DNA from: Lama glama
Taxonomy: Eukaryota
Length of the DNA stretch: 64,000 bases
Assembly: GCA_028534125.1 (NCBI GenBank)
Contig: CM052817.1
Span: 20,462,001-20,526,000 of the forward strand
Direction of reading: 5' to 3'
Shown one piece after another: positions 50,023-62,889 of the stretch. The position numbers and the translations under genes were made by a program. Position 1 is the stretch's first letter. Each line of letters opens with the position of its first letter. The notes beneath the pieces are model-generated. The model was not told the origin of the DNA. It worked only from the letters and a program-made list of their open reading frames with translations, and made no database searches.

Positions 50023-52493
50023 GTTTGAAAGCATCCATAGTCAAACAAGTTTGAGAATACTATAGATCTACTTTAGTTCTAGGCATTAAATTGGATTTAA
50101 TTAATAAATTCAAAAGTAGAGGCACTTAATCAAACATTTCTAGGGTAGTTTGAAAGTAACTGAGTGATAAAATTAAATATGGTTTATGATATATAAAAGC
50201 AATATATTTCACTGCTGGTCTCTTTGCAAAGGGAAAAGCAATAATTATAACCTATAGCAAATTTACCTTAGACTACAGAACATAAGTTTTAAGAGAACTT
50301 CCGTAGTGATGCTCTATAGCATGAGACTTGAAAAATAATATTACAATAAATTTCACAATGTTACAGTACAAAGAAAATGCAGAAAATCTGCTTTGTGCTC
50401 AGCAGCAGAGACAAAAATCAGCCCTAACTAAATGAAAAATTTTAGTAGGCAGGTAAATACATAAAGAGTTTCAAAAAATAGGATAAGTACAATAATAGAG
50501 GTGCACATTGAACGTGGAAAGATCGTGATCAATTCAGCTTAAGCATCAGGACAGACATCAAAGAAAATGTTTTTATGTGATTTTGCTATGTGATATGTGC
50601 AGCATTCCCTTGTGGTGATTTAAATTGTAAACTAAAAAGATATTGTTAGTAGACTTTCAGAAATAAGAACTGTCGAGTAAAATTTGCCATTGACCACTGT
50701 TTCTAGGGATTTCTTTTAAACAGAGAAAATGAAGATCACTGTCAAAGAGGGTTATAATTTGTATGCCAAGTGTGTCTGATTTTCATTTAATGCAATTCAT
50801 ACTTATTTAATTTGAAAGATTCTGAAGCTGAGGTGATAGAAAAAATGTCCTCCACACTTAATATACTTTCACTGTAATTGCATGCTCACCATAAATACCT
50901 TAGACTAGGACATGATTTGTAGTGCATTTTGTTTTATGTGTCTCCTAAAAGATGGAATTGCATTCGATTTCATCATTTGTTACTTTTGTTGATCATTGTG
51001 TAGTCAGTATCAACTGCTGAAAATCAGATGTTTTGAAAATTTACACCTAAATACATGAAGAACTTCGTTCTCATGCAGAGTTGAAAATCTTTTCAAAGAG
51101 TTAATCTATTTTGATGCACATTAATGGAGTTCAAGTCACGAGTTTATCTTAATAGTTTTCAAGGTCAGAGGGAAAAAAGAATCAATAATCTGATAGATTT
51201 CTTGGAAAAATGGCATGCATGAGATACTTAGGTAGAGGTGCGTTGTACCAGCCTTCTTGTGGAAAGCATGTTATTTCTAAGGGTATATTTAAAATCTTAA
51301 ATTGTTGTTTCTAGGGGCACATTTAAAACCTAGTGTACGAATTCACAGCAGTGACATTTTAATCATATCCAAGTGAAGTAACTGATACCATTCAACAGGC
51401 AAGGTTTTCTTCACAAGTATTGTAGCAACCCTGTTAAGTGGGGTCTCCTTGTTATTAGTCATGCCAAACCAACATGGACAGAAGGTTCCCCAAGGTTGGG
51501 CACAGGCTCACAGTACGTGCTCAATAAATGCTTGATGAAAAGTCAAAGGTCTCACTGTGGTCATAGGAGATAATAGTTTGTACATCCTCTGCCTGCATTT
51601 TTAAAAAGATCATCTCTCCAGCCCTATTTAATTGAGGGGAGAGTCCTAAAATTACCAGCTGTCATTTTGAATTATCTGTTAACCCCTCTTCAGTCACTGA
51701 AATAATTAATTGGGTTTCTAAGTTGGTTTGATCTCATGATTCAGTGAACAATTGTATCTGTCTTACCAGAGATAGGAGAATACATTGATTGCGTTTTGGA
51801 AGTACATTAACCATTTTGAACCACTCAGGAAATGGGAGTAGGCTGAATGGACTGAAAGTGTTACTTTTCTCTGGAAGGTACCTCGATTCTGCTGCTGTCA
51901 TTTCAGGTTTTGGTTTTTAACATGCATTGCGGTATAGAAATGTTAAGCTTAATTTTGGCATAACCCAGAGAGCCATTTACTGTGTATAAATATATGGAAT
52001 AATTTATATAATTAGAATACCAAGTTAGATGTGGGTTAGATGTGGTTAGGGTCTTGGTATCTATAAAGAGTTCCTCTTCCACTTAATGAAGAAAAGATTA
52101 CTCCCTGTGAGTAAACTTACTATTGTGTCTGATCCAAATCCACTATTCTTTAACTTTAGCTGAATACAACAATAGCAGCAACAACAAATTCCATTAGGGA
52201 AGGAGGAAAGATGACCAAAGGTCACTTATTGATTAATACAGGACTCTTACTTAACTACGTGTTGCAACCAACTAGCTGATTGTATGTGTTTTTGGTTTTT
52301 TCCCCCAGTTGTCAGTTGGCCGTTTTATTCTGTTGATAGTTAAATTGCACTTCCTAGAGTTTCTACTATATAAATTACTTCAGAAAACACTACAATGATG
52401 TTGTCATTTTTCACCTTAATTTACATGAACTTACTTGCATTTCACATAGAATATATAGGAAAAGAGAGATAATCTGTCAAAAATGTGAATGTT

Positions 52494-52537
52494 GTAAATC
52501 AACTATACTTTAATGAAAATAAATAAATAATAAATAA
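52494..52537 (+). mobile_element. Extremely truncated L1 (~20-25 nt of 3' terminus plus A-rich tail)
   Basis: gtaaatcaactatactttaat is a near-exact reverse complement of the L1 terminus at 37226; TSD aaaaatgtgaatgtt (52479-52493) / aaaagtacgaatgtt (52538-52552). Confidence 0.75.
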
Positions 52538-54705
52538 AAAAGTACGAATGTTAAATACGTTAATAGGTTTTTATTCGGTTTTACCTCAAAAAATTTTTAT
52601 TAGATAGATATGAAAGAAAATTGATAGAAGTTATTATCTGTTGGTTATAAAATATGTGGAAAGATAGACTTCTTAAACTGCAAACTATCTATATGAAAAG
52701 GGAAGAAAATTCAGAAGAATGACCCCATATCCAGTTATTCCCAAATTGAGAAGGTACTAAAACTGACTGGAATATTTTACAGTTAACTAGAAACTGAGTC
52801 AAACAATGCTAACAGAGAAAAAGAGTCACTCTAAACAGAATTGTAAAGTGGAGCCTTTTTGTATAATAAAGTGTACTGCAGAGAGGTGTGAAAATCATAT
52901 ATGTTAGGTAGACCAGTTGCCTTTTCTCTAATGGATTTAAATAGTGAATGATTGGTAAATGAAGATGTGAGATGAATAATCACATCCTTATCTGTCATTT
53001 ATATGAATTTTCTCTTCTATATTGACTATAATGCATGTAGAATATAAAAAAGCAAAGGACTTATGTGTGTATGTATGTATTATTGTATTCTACTTCCTTC
53101 CCCAAATGGAAATACATCTGATGAGCCTTCTCAGAGATTAGGAAACTGGACAATTGCCAATTAAATACTGTTACTGACCCCTCCCACTGATCTGTCATCC
53201 TTGGTTACCTAGACCACTTCCTCTTGCCACAAAAAGGCCACGATTCTTTCTGCAACGAATCCCTCTAAGCATGCAGTGGCTGCATCCTCGTCAAGTCTGA
53301 TTAGTCTATTGAGGTGCAATTATTATTGCTTAAAATGTGTTATGAATATTGTGGAGTCATTTTTCTTAAGAAATTTTTATGTTTTTCGTAAGAAACTACT
53401 TTCTGTTTTACTCTTAACGTTTTGTGTCTCATGCTACATAATCTTAAAATTGTAAATTTCAAATACATTGTTTTTCATGACAAAAGAAGCAGAAAATAAT
53501 TTGTCTATTAACATGATCCTATTTTCAGTAATCTAAAATTTTCCAAGCTTCCATTTTCATTGTTTTTCAATGTGCATGGTAACTTAATAAGTAGGTTTAA
53601 TTTACTTAAAAGATCTAACTTAAATTAAATATGTGTGAATTGGCATTCCTCTTGAATAACACTTAAATTTCAAAGTACCATGAAATATCAGTATTCAGCG
53701 CACTGCAGTGGAGGTAGGAATATCTGTCTTCCTGTTTCTTGATTTGCTTATGGCTATTTCCACTTTTGGATTCAAAGTCAGCAGTTTAGCACACATTCAG
53801 GCTTGCAGATATGTGAGCTAAGAGCCATGGAGAAATGTGACTGCTGTACATGTGATCTGGAAGTTTCATCTCCTGGTGATAAGGCTCATCTAGTTGAATA
53901 TAAGTATATGGAAAAGAAACCTGTCATCATATTTTCAGAAACTACAATGCCACTTGTGGATTAAACCAGAGGTGAATTTCATTTGCAACAAATTGTACTA
54001 TTTATTCCACTAATTCCTCCTTAAAATATTATTTCTCATTGGAAGACCAAAAGCCTTCCGTATGAAAAATGGACTCTGCTGCTCACACATACCTGCTCAT
54101 TTTCACCATGGCTGAATAGACTAGACCAAATGTCTAGGGAGTGGTAAGTTTAAGTCATTGCAATTAAGCATTTGTGTAATAAATATGGTAGAAGGAGGCC
54201 ACTAAAGGCTAAAGCAAGGCATGCTCCTCTAGGGGACAGTGCAGGGTACTGGGCAGATACCTGTGTGCTTCCTGGGAGAACTCAATATAGAATCTTTCAG
54301 TCTTGATAATGACATTAACTGCCTGGGCTATTTTATTTTGTTTTAAAGAAATTATTCCTGTGAGAAAAATGAGCCTCATTCTAAAGAGTCATCTCCAGGA
54401 CCTCAGATGCTTCAGGTTTGCTTGGCCCCCAGTTTAGCCAGGCTTGCATTGCCATCAAACCAGACAACAGCACCCTAGAGTGAACACTTATCCCAAAGAG
54501 GAACTCTGCTAGATTAAAGTCCTATCAAATGAGGAGTTGCTAGGAGAGGACATTTTCAGTGTCTATGGCAAAAGTTTGCGCTAGTAAATGATGCTTATCC
54601 GTCTTGCTGGAAATTTAGCTTCCCAGAGAAGACCAGTCGATCAGAGTGCAGAATTGATGAAGCCAAGGCCATGGTCTAGTTACCTTTGGGAAAAGAAGAT
54701 TCTGT

Positions 54706-55982
54706 ATATATTCATGTGTATACATACATATTATTGAAGTATAGTTGATTTACAATATTAGTTTCAGGTGTGCAACATAGTGGTTCAATATTTTTATAGA
54801 TTACATTCCATTCAAAGTTATTATAAAACACTGGCCATATTCCCTGTGCTGCACAATACATCCCTGTATCTCATGCATTTTATACATAGTAGTTTGTATC
54901 TCTTAATCCCCTACCCCTATCTTGTCCATCCCTCCTTCCCCTTCCACACTGATAACCAGAGTTGTTCTCTATATCTGTGAGTCTGTTTCTGTTTTGTTAT
55001 ATTCCTTCATTTGTTTTATGTCTTTAGATTCCACATATAGTGATAACATACAGTATTTGTGTTTCTCTGTTTGACTTATTTCACTAAGCATAATACTGTC
55101 CAGGTCCATCCATGTTGTTGCCAATGCCAAAATTTCATTTTTCATAGCTGAGTAGTATTCCTGTGTGTGTATTTCAGTAGTATTCTGTTCACCTATTGAT
55201 AGACACTTAGGTTGCTTTCATTTCTTGGCTATTGTAAATAATGCTGTTGTGAGCACTGAGGTTCATGTATCTTTTCGAAATAGTGTTTTCTTTTTCTTCA
55301 GATATATACCCAGGAGTAGAATTGCTGGGTCATATAGTAGTTCTATTTTAGTTTTTTGAGGGACCTCCATACTGTTTTCCATAATGGCTACACCAATTTA
55401 CATTCCTACCAACAGTGTATTAGGATTCCCTTTTCCCCACATCCTTGTCAATATCGTTATTTATAGACTTTTTGATTATAGCCATTCTGACAGGAGTCAG
55501 GTGATATCTCATCGTGGTTTTGATTTGCATTTATCTGATGATTAGCTATGTTGAGCATCTTTCCTTGTGCCTGTTTGCCAGCTGTGTATCTTTTTTGGAA
55601 AAATGTCTGTTCAGGTCTTCTGCCCATTTTTAAATTGGGTTGTTTGATTTTTTTGGTATTAGTTGTATGAACTGTTTACATATTCTGGATATTAACTCCT
55701 TATTGGTCATATCATTTGCAAATATTTTCTCCCATTCTGTAGGTTGTCTTTTCATTTTGTTGATGGTCCTTTGCTTGCAGAAGCTTTTAAGTTTAATTAG
55801 GTCCCATTTGTTTCTTTTTCCCTTTTGTCTCTTTCCTTTGCCTTAGGAGATAGATCCAAAAAGTATTGCTATGATTTATGTCAAAGAGTGTTCTGCCTAT
55901 GCGTTATTCTAGGAATTGTGTCATTTCCCATTTTACATTTAGGTCTTTAATCCATTTTGAGTTTATTTTTTGTGTGTGGTGT
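54706..55982 (-). mobile_element. 5'-truncated L1 (3'UTR plus degraded ORF2 end)
   Basis: Collinear with 32109-33258 and extends further 5'; possible TSD gaagattctg (54695-54704) / gaagattttg (55983-55992). Confidence 0.93.
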
Positions 55983-56129
55983 GAAGATTTTGAAGTCACA
56001 ACTTCATTGTTTAATGTGAATATATGATCTTGCTAACATAAGCATTGGTCACCAGAAATATTTGATGGAAAAATACAGATGTTTTAATATGGATCACACA
56101 GTTACTACTAGATGAAAAAACAACTCCAA

Positions 56130-56365
56130 GAGAAGAATGATCCAGACCCTGGCTTTACATTGTGGCCCTGCCCCTTTCTGTTTGAGTGTTGGAAGGTTGT
56201 TCACCTCTCTGAAACTCAGATTCATTCTCTATAAAGTGGAGGTAATAACTCATATGCCATATGGTTCTTGTGAGAAGTAAATTGAGCAACATATGTAAAA
56301 CCTCTAGCATTATATTTAGCAAGTTGGTAGGTGCTAAATAAATTATATTTATTTTTATTATATTG
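56130..56365 (+). mobile_element. MIR SINE
   Basis: cacctctctgaaactcagattcattctctataaagtggaggtaataac...gtaggtgctaaataaatt. Confidence 0.75.
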
Positions 56366-59085
56366 TTATTTTATTTTTGTTAGAGTATTATGTCATGCAT
56401 CAGTTTCATCTTTTTATACCAGGAGAATATATATAGCTTCTCTCTTTATAGAATTTTAAATCAATATATATTTTTAAATTTAAACAGTTATATTTTCAAT
56501 GTGAACATGACAATTTCAGCAAAAATAACAAGGACCAACTTTGTGCCAATAGCTGTGGAGGATACAAAAGAAGACAAAATCTAGTGTCTTAGAGAATCTT
56601 GCAGTCTATTTAGGAAAACGTGCAGTGCATAATCTGTGTATGTTTGAGCATTTTAACATACCTCCTTGTGCATTGGTCTATAATATCCGTGGCCTATGAT
56701 CTCAGCTATGTAGAGCAATAGACATACTTATGTATCTTATGTAAAGTTACCAGAAAGTGCAAGTGATTTTTAAAACGTAAACACCTTCTAAATAGTTTGG
56801 GTACAGGAACATGTGATATATTCTAATGTGGGACAGAGTATAGCTGTTTCTCACAGGAGTGTCTATCTTACCCTTCTCCCACCTGCTCTCTCACCATGAA
56901 TGCTATTTTCCCTTATTTATTTTGCTCCCAAGAAGAGAGAGAACACTTCTTTTTTCGGATAAACAGTGGTAAAAGCTTGAGAAAGTCATTTCCTACTTTG
57001 CTACTTGCAGACCATCCAAGATGATGGAAAATACACCCCTCCCCTCAAAAAAAGAAGAACACTGATGCCAGTTGCTCTAAGGCTTTGTCAACTTACTCAG
57101 ACTCAATTTATGTGACGAATGTATCTAAATGACAGTAAACTCAGTCAGAGCAAAGCTGAGCACATGGAGCGACGCAGGCAACAGCGCTGTCTGCTTTGTG
57201 CAATGAACATATCAATAATTCAAAACTCTATTGACGCTTGATTTTTTCCGTTTCATCTAATGCATCCTACACAGAACTCTGAGTCAATGTTTTCAGAGGG
57301 TTCCATACAATCTTATAGACAAGAATGATTTCCCTACAGAAGCAGTAATGAGTTGCAGTGGTTATTGTTTCTGAACTCCATGACATAATTCTAAATATTC
57401 CAATGACATTTTTTTTCTCCCTTTCACTACATCATAAACAACTTCTGACTAAATCCAGTTATATTTGCATTTTGGACTATAAATTTGCCATGTCTAGAGA
57501 GCATTTAATTTACCATTTAGTTATATGGATTTGAACTGGCACTAAATTTTTGCTGTGAGGTTGGCAACTAAACAAAACATAAAATGTTACCAGTTGAAAT
57601 ATTTATTTACTCCAGTGCAGCTTGATTGCCTTTGTTGATTTGGACAACTATTCCAATGCTGAACCGATTCTCAGTGGTTTGTTTCTATAAATGTTCCCCA
57701 CCACTCAAGCTCTAACCCACCAGGATGATAAAAATAACAAACTATATGAACTTTGTATACTTTGAATATATAGTACAAATTTCATCACTGGAGCAAAGAA
57801 ATTTTTTTTTTCCTCTTAGTCTTACAGATGATGAGTGATTGAGACACTAATTTAACAAATTAGGTGCAGTAAAACACACTAATTCAGACTAATTGTGTGG
57901 AAAATTTTAATGAAGAAGTGAAAAATTTGATAAAGAAGTTTGAAATGAAGTTTTATTTCTTCAAAATATTTACTATAGCTTGTACTAATAATAACTAATC
58001 GTGTCATTATACTGACTTCATATGCTTACTTTTTAAAGCAAAAACATGTAAAGATTTGCAGTTTACACTTTGCAGGAACATGAAGATCGGTATGCTCTGC
58101 AAACTTTAGCCAAGTACTTCCCTTTGTTCTCCTACCTCCTGCCAGTCCTCTTGTTTTTAACACTAAATTGCCTCAGAATCTCCTTTTTAAGAGATAATGC
58201 AAATATCTAAAGGGCTTAAAGATATGAAATTTAAAAACCATTCCCTTACTTGTTATTTTATTCAGTCAACAATATTTCATGTTACAGCCTGCTAACTCAT
58301 AGGAGTGAGTGGTTCACTAACTTGACATATTTTCTATACCCATGCCAAAGTATTTCCGGAAGTTTTTTTAAGATAATTTTAAAAAATGGAAAATATTTCT
58401 TAAGCTACATAGTTATCTCCTCTATTAATATAAAATAACTAATTAATATAAATGTTTTAATAAGATCATACAAAGGTATTTGATGTGGATATAAGTTGGG
58501 AATATTCCTGTGATTCCTAAATTCTTTGACAGAAGCTGTGTGTGTTCATCATTTTGCTTTTGATGATACAGAGTAAATATCATCAGGCAAAGCTAATTAA
58601 AACACATAATTGTTTATTCCTCTGAAACAGTCATATATGTCAATGCTGCACACAAATTAAATTTTTTTTTTTTTTTTACTTTTCTGTAGTGATACCATGG
58701 GAATGGTAGCAAAATTGTGTCTGGTTTTATTGAGGAATCATTTCGAATTTTAGCCGAGTAATACAATATATATGCTTCTTAGGCAATAATAGAAAATATC
58801 TTTACAACTTGGTAAAATCAGCTCTCAGTCCTGTAATGGCCTTCTTTACTCATGCAACTCCAGAGTACATTAGAAATGTTCTCTTTCCCAAAAAAGGTAC
58901 ATCTGTAGTTGAACTCTAATAAGAAAACTGAGAAGCTAAGTTTTCCAATTTTCAAGAAGATAAATATGTGTTAAAAGCAGAGTTCAGTCAAACTGGTTTA
59001 ATATGTGCCTATTTTCTTAGCATAAAAGTAGCCTCAGGGGGCAAAAAACTCTGCATCATGTAGACCATAAATTGCATCTGTAGAG

Positions 59086-59138
59086 TTTTTTGTATTTTTT
59101 TATTTTTGTTTTTGTTTTTGTTTTTGTTTTTGTTTTTT
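59086..59138. repeat. (TTTTTG)n-type repeat
   Basis: Read directly. Confidence 0.9.
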
Positions 59139-59399
59139 GGGTTTTGTTCTTACTGAATTGAACTCTGAGATCCATGCAAAACCTGAAGGAATATAAAATC
59201 CAGGAAAATCTGAAGGGGGCTGTGAATTTATGTCTGACACTCACCCTCTAGGGCCTCAGTTTATTCATCTGTTAAATGTGGTGCCACGCATGGATTGAGT
59301 CTGGTCTAATGTCAAATTCAGTTCTGGTTTATAGTAGAGAAACGGAAAGGAGCAGGAAGGTAGGAGGTATGAGGGGAAGGTGAGATCAACTATATGCGG

Positions 59400-59550
59400 C
59401 TGCCGTTTTTAACTCCATAATTCAATTTTTAAGAAACTGGAATCACCTAAGGCCTTTATAAAGTGCACATTCCTGACTCTCACCCCCAGAACAATTAAAT
59501 GCATATCTTGCGGTAAAGGTGGAGTTGAAATATCCATTTTTAACAAATGC
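59400..59550. mobile_element. MER5-like hAT-Charlie fragment
   Basis: ggaatcacctaaggcc...attcctgactctcacccccaga...atttttaacaaatgcc. Confidence 0.55.
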
Positions 59551-59843
59551 CATTTTTTCTCACACTGTAATTAAGACCCAGTAATGGGGCATAAAATCAA
59601 TTTAGTGAGTCTTAACAAGCTTTTTTTTTAATTAATGAGGAGAATAAAATGAGATGGAATATGGTTAAAATATGTAATATATATCAAGTTATACTGCATG
59701 CAGTAAAGAAAAATGTTGTTTTGTCAAGCTTCCCTTTGTGTGTGTGTGTGAGTGTTTATACTTGTACATACAGGATAGGAATGCAACATTGATTTCCTAC
59801 TGTTTGTAGTGATTTAAAAATACAACAACTTTGAAAGCCACTA
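59551..59843 (-). mobile_element. Non-autonomous hAT-Charlie element (MER103C-like)
   Basis: gacccagtaatggggcataaaatcaatttagtgagtc...atttcctactgt...tttgaaagccact; subfamily name from memory. Confidence 0.6.
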
Positions 59844-60574
59844 CGGAGAATTCTCTTACACCATAGATTTAGAGAATGACTATTTAGAACAATGCAAAAT
59901 CTAAGATAGTCCTATCCCCTCCACTTTGAAAACAGATAAACTTACTTTTCTAAAAAGAGGCCCTTGTAGTATTTCAGTATTCCAGAATTTAAAGGATAAA
60001 AATTGCCCTTACTTTGATTTTCCAAACTCATGTACTTTGCATACATGTCAATTTTTGTTCTTTCTTTTAAATAATCCCTCCTTCCCTAATTTTCCGTGCC
60101 TTTATTGTCTCCAGCTCCTTAAAGCTGTCTTACAAGATGTAGGTCCCTCCAGTAAGGCCGAGGGACCCATCTGAGCTGCCCCGTGTGAGGTAGGAGCTCC
60201 CTCGTCTGCTGCTGCGTCCTGTTAGGTCTTTTAGCCAGTGGGAAGCAGTGGCATACCAGCCAGGACGAGGCTGAGTCGTCTGGTCATTCCCATCATGTCC
60301 CTTTTTTGGATTTGCCTCTTCTGTTGCCTCCATCTTTCAAAATGTATCCTTAACTTTCCCTGGACCCTTTCTAGAACAGAATCCACTCGACTCTGACTCT
60401 ATTACTCTGCCATCTTTCACCAACTCTCCACCAAATGCATTTGTTTGTGGGTAGGGGCAGGAGAGCAATGAATGGCTGCAATTCTTGGTGTTGGTTTTTA
60501 CTGTAACTAAATTTCCTGATGATGGGTGGGCCTGACTGCCACTTCATTGCCTGCTGTAAGGAGGATCTCAGTGT

Positions 60575-60920
60575 TAGAATAATGATAAGACAGGTAACAA
60601 TTGTAACATTAATAAAACAAATGATGTGCTCAGAGTTCTACACGGTTTATATCAGAGATTCTCAAAATTTGGTGTGCATCACAATCATGTTTGGTTTTTT
60701 TCCTAAACAGATTTTCTTAATGTGGGGTCAGGGGGTTTCTGAGAACTGAACAATTCCTCACATAATTGCCATGCACAATGGAGATTAGGACTCACTGGAT
60801 TGTGTAACTTACATCTCATAGTCATACTGTGCTGTAAGTGCTCCCAGTTTTCCCCCATGTTAGAGATTAGGAAACTGAGGCTTCCAGGAATTCAGTGCCT
60901 TGCCTTAGAGCAAAGTAGGG
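60575..60920 (-). mobile_element. MIR SINE with a MER5-like hAT insertion at ~60653-60797
   Basis: MIR core cccatgttagagattaggaaactgaggct; internal cagagattctcaaaatttggtgtgcatcacaatca...ggactcactg. Confidence 0.55.
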
Positions 60921-62534
60921 ATCCAAGAAATATTTTTGAATTGTTACTAAAATGAGAAAGTTTATGTGTCACCTTTAAGTCCAGTCCTTTTTCTAGCTGA
61001 ATGAAGAATCGATGGAACAGTTATGAATTTGGGACTTTAATCTCCTTCTTCAAATGTCTCATAATCCTTAAGTATGAAATTTTTGACATATACATCACTC
61101 ATGAAAGATTTTCTTAAGGCACCAAGTATTTTAATTAGTAGTCCTGTGTTATCTGAGGGGAGCAATGCACCGTCTAGAAGACAATGCATTCTGGTTGTCA
61201 TTATATGAATACCACGGGTAGTCACAAATAGGAGCACAGAGGTCACAGGACAGAGCAAGGTTAATGTGTCCTTGATGGTTGATGCAATGTGTTAGTAGAA
61301 TGACATGAGAAATTTGGGAGAAAAAGAAAGTGAAAAAATTATGGCATAAAAAATGTCAAAAGGAGGAAGCGGAACTAAAGGCATGGTTTTAGAAATGCTT
61401 CATAAAGCTGCCGGTGATGTCCTAGTCTTAAAGGAAGACCTAGTAAATTATTGTATAGAAATAAAGTCATGACTAGCAATATACATTTGTAATGATGAAA
61501 AATAGAGTTATCACTAGCTGTATAAGACTAATTGCTGATTGAGGAGCATAATATGTCCTACATGTCTTATGACAAGTATTAGATAACTTCATGAAGATGA
61601 ATTTGCTTGTGTTTTTAGTGGCATGTTGATCATCCCCATACTAATGAATAAATAAAACTCTCTTAGTCTTCTTGTTTTTGAACAAAACCCCAAGCATGGC
61701 TGATTTTAATTACAAATTACTTTCTCTAGAATGTATTATAGCTTTTAGAAAATAACACCCAAGATCATTTATTTTCCCAAAGTAGATAAAGTGAATGATA
61801 AGAAACACTCATTTTAAGTTTTTCTGTAATCATCTTCAAAATGTAGGCCATCTGCTTCCAAAAGGGTTTGGAGTATTTCATGATAAAACAAATTTACAAC
61901 GAGACATTAAAATAGAAATAATACCTCAAAAACGTCATAGAGAGAAGAACGAGGAAATGTACCTGCCCTACTTGGGCTTATAAATAGATGAGATTGAAGG
62001 CTGAGATTCCTGGCAGCCAAGGCAGAGTGAAATTAGAATGATTTCCCATCTTATTTTGCGAGTAGAGTGGATTTTCAACCCTGCTGGCCTCGATGCTGAA
62101 CTCTCTCCCAAAATAATGTGGAGACGTAGTCCAAGGGTCAGAATTCTTTAAGGTAGTTCAAATGCACAAGCAAAGCTGCACAGCTCACCTGGGCAAAACA
62201 AAGCAGGATGGTTCATTAGACTTTAGAAAATTACTTACACCCCACATGGCAAAAAGTAAACTCTATGTCTTGTCAAATCTGAATATCTAATTTTCAGCCT
62301 AAGGAACTCTTATCAGAAGTGGCTGAAATAATTAATTTTATTCTCCTGAGGACTTGTTTTCTTATGTAGTCCAGGTTCTACCATCCTGTACTTTTAAGTA
62401 ACCTGTGCAAGAATATGGGTTAGTTAAGCCAGTGCTCTTGTGAATCTATGCAGAAGTCAGTGTCTGTTTGTCAGTTTCTCGGGGGTCAATCAAGGCCAAG
62501 CTACTACTTGAGTAGTAACTGAGTTAAGAACCAA

Positions 62535-62690
62535 CACATGGATCACTGAGCAACTGTGTGACTCTGGGCAAGTGACCTCCATGGATGTTGGTTTCAGCAC
62601 CTACCCCATAGTGCTATTGTGAAAATTAAATAAGCTTTGAATGGACACGTGGTAAGCAATCAATGAGTGTTAGGGAATATCACTATGGGT
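62535..62690 (+). mobile_element. MIR fragment
   Basis: ctgtgtgactctgggcaagtgac...cacctaccccatagtgctattgtgaaaattaaataag...ggtaagcaatcaatg. Confidence 0.65.
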
Positions 62691-62865
62691 TTAAGTACAG
62701 ACATTTTATCAGCTATATCATTAAGGAGGCTTTGCCTTCTTCCAGTGTGTTCTGGGAAATGTCAGCTACCAAATACCGATTGCCCCCTAGAAAGGTTTCT
62801 CTTTCCATTGATCAGTTGCAATATGTGAGTTTCTCGCTCAGCAAAGTATCTCTGTTTTGCTTCAG

Positions 62866-62889
62866 GGTCCTCTGTCAAACGAGATGAAG
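62866..62889 (+). CDS. Candidate 24-nt microexon (GPLSNEMK or xSSVKRDEx); host gene unidentified
   Basis: Acceptor tctctgttttgcttcag, donor AAG|gtaata, length divisible by 3. No homology evidence. Confidence 0.22.

Noticed and set aside
49472..50065. Five 174-190 aa ORFs
   Set aside because: Artefacts of translating the N gap.
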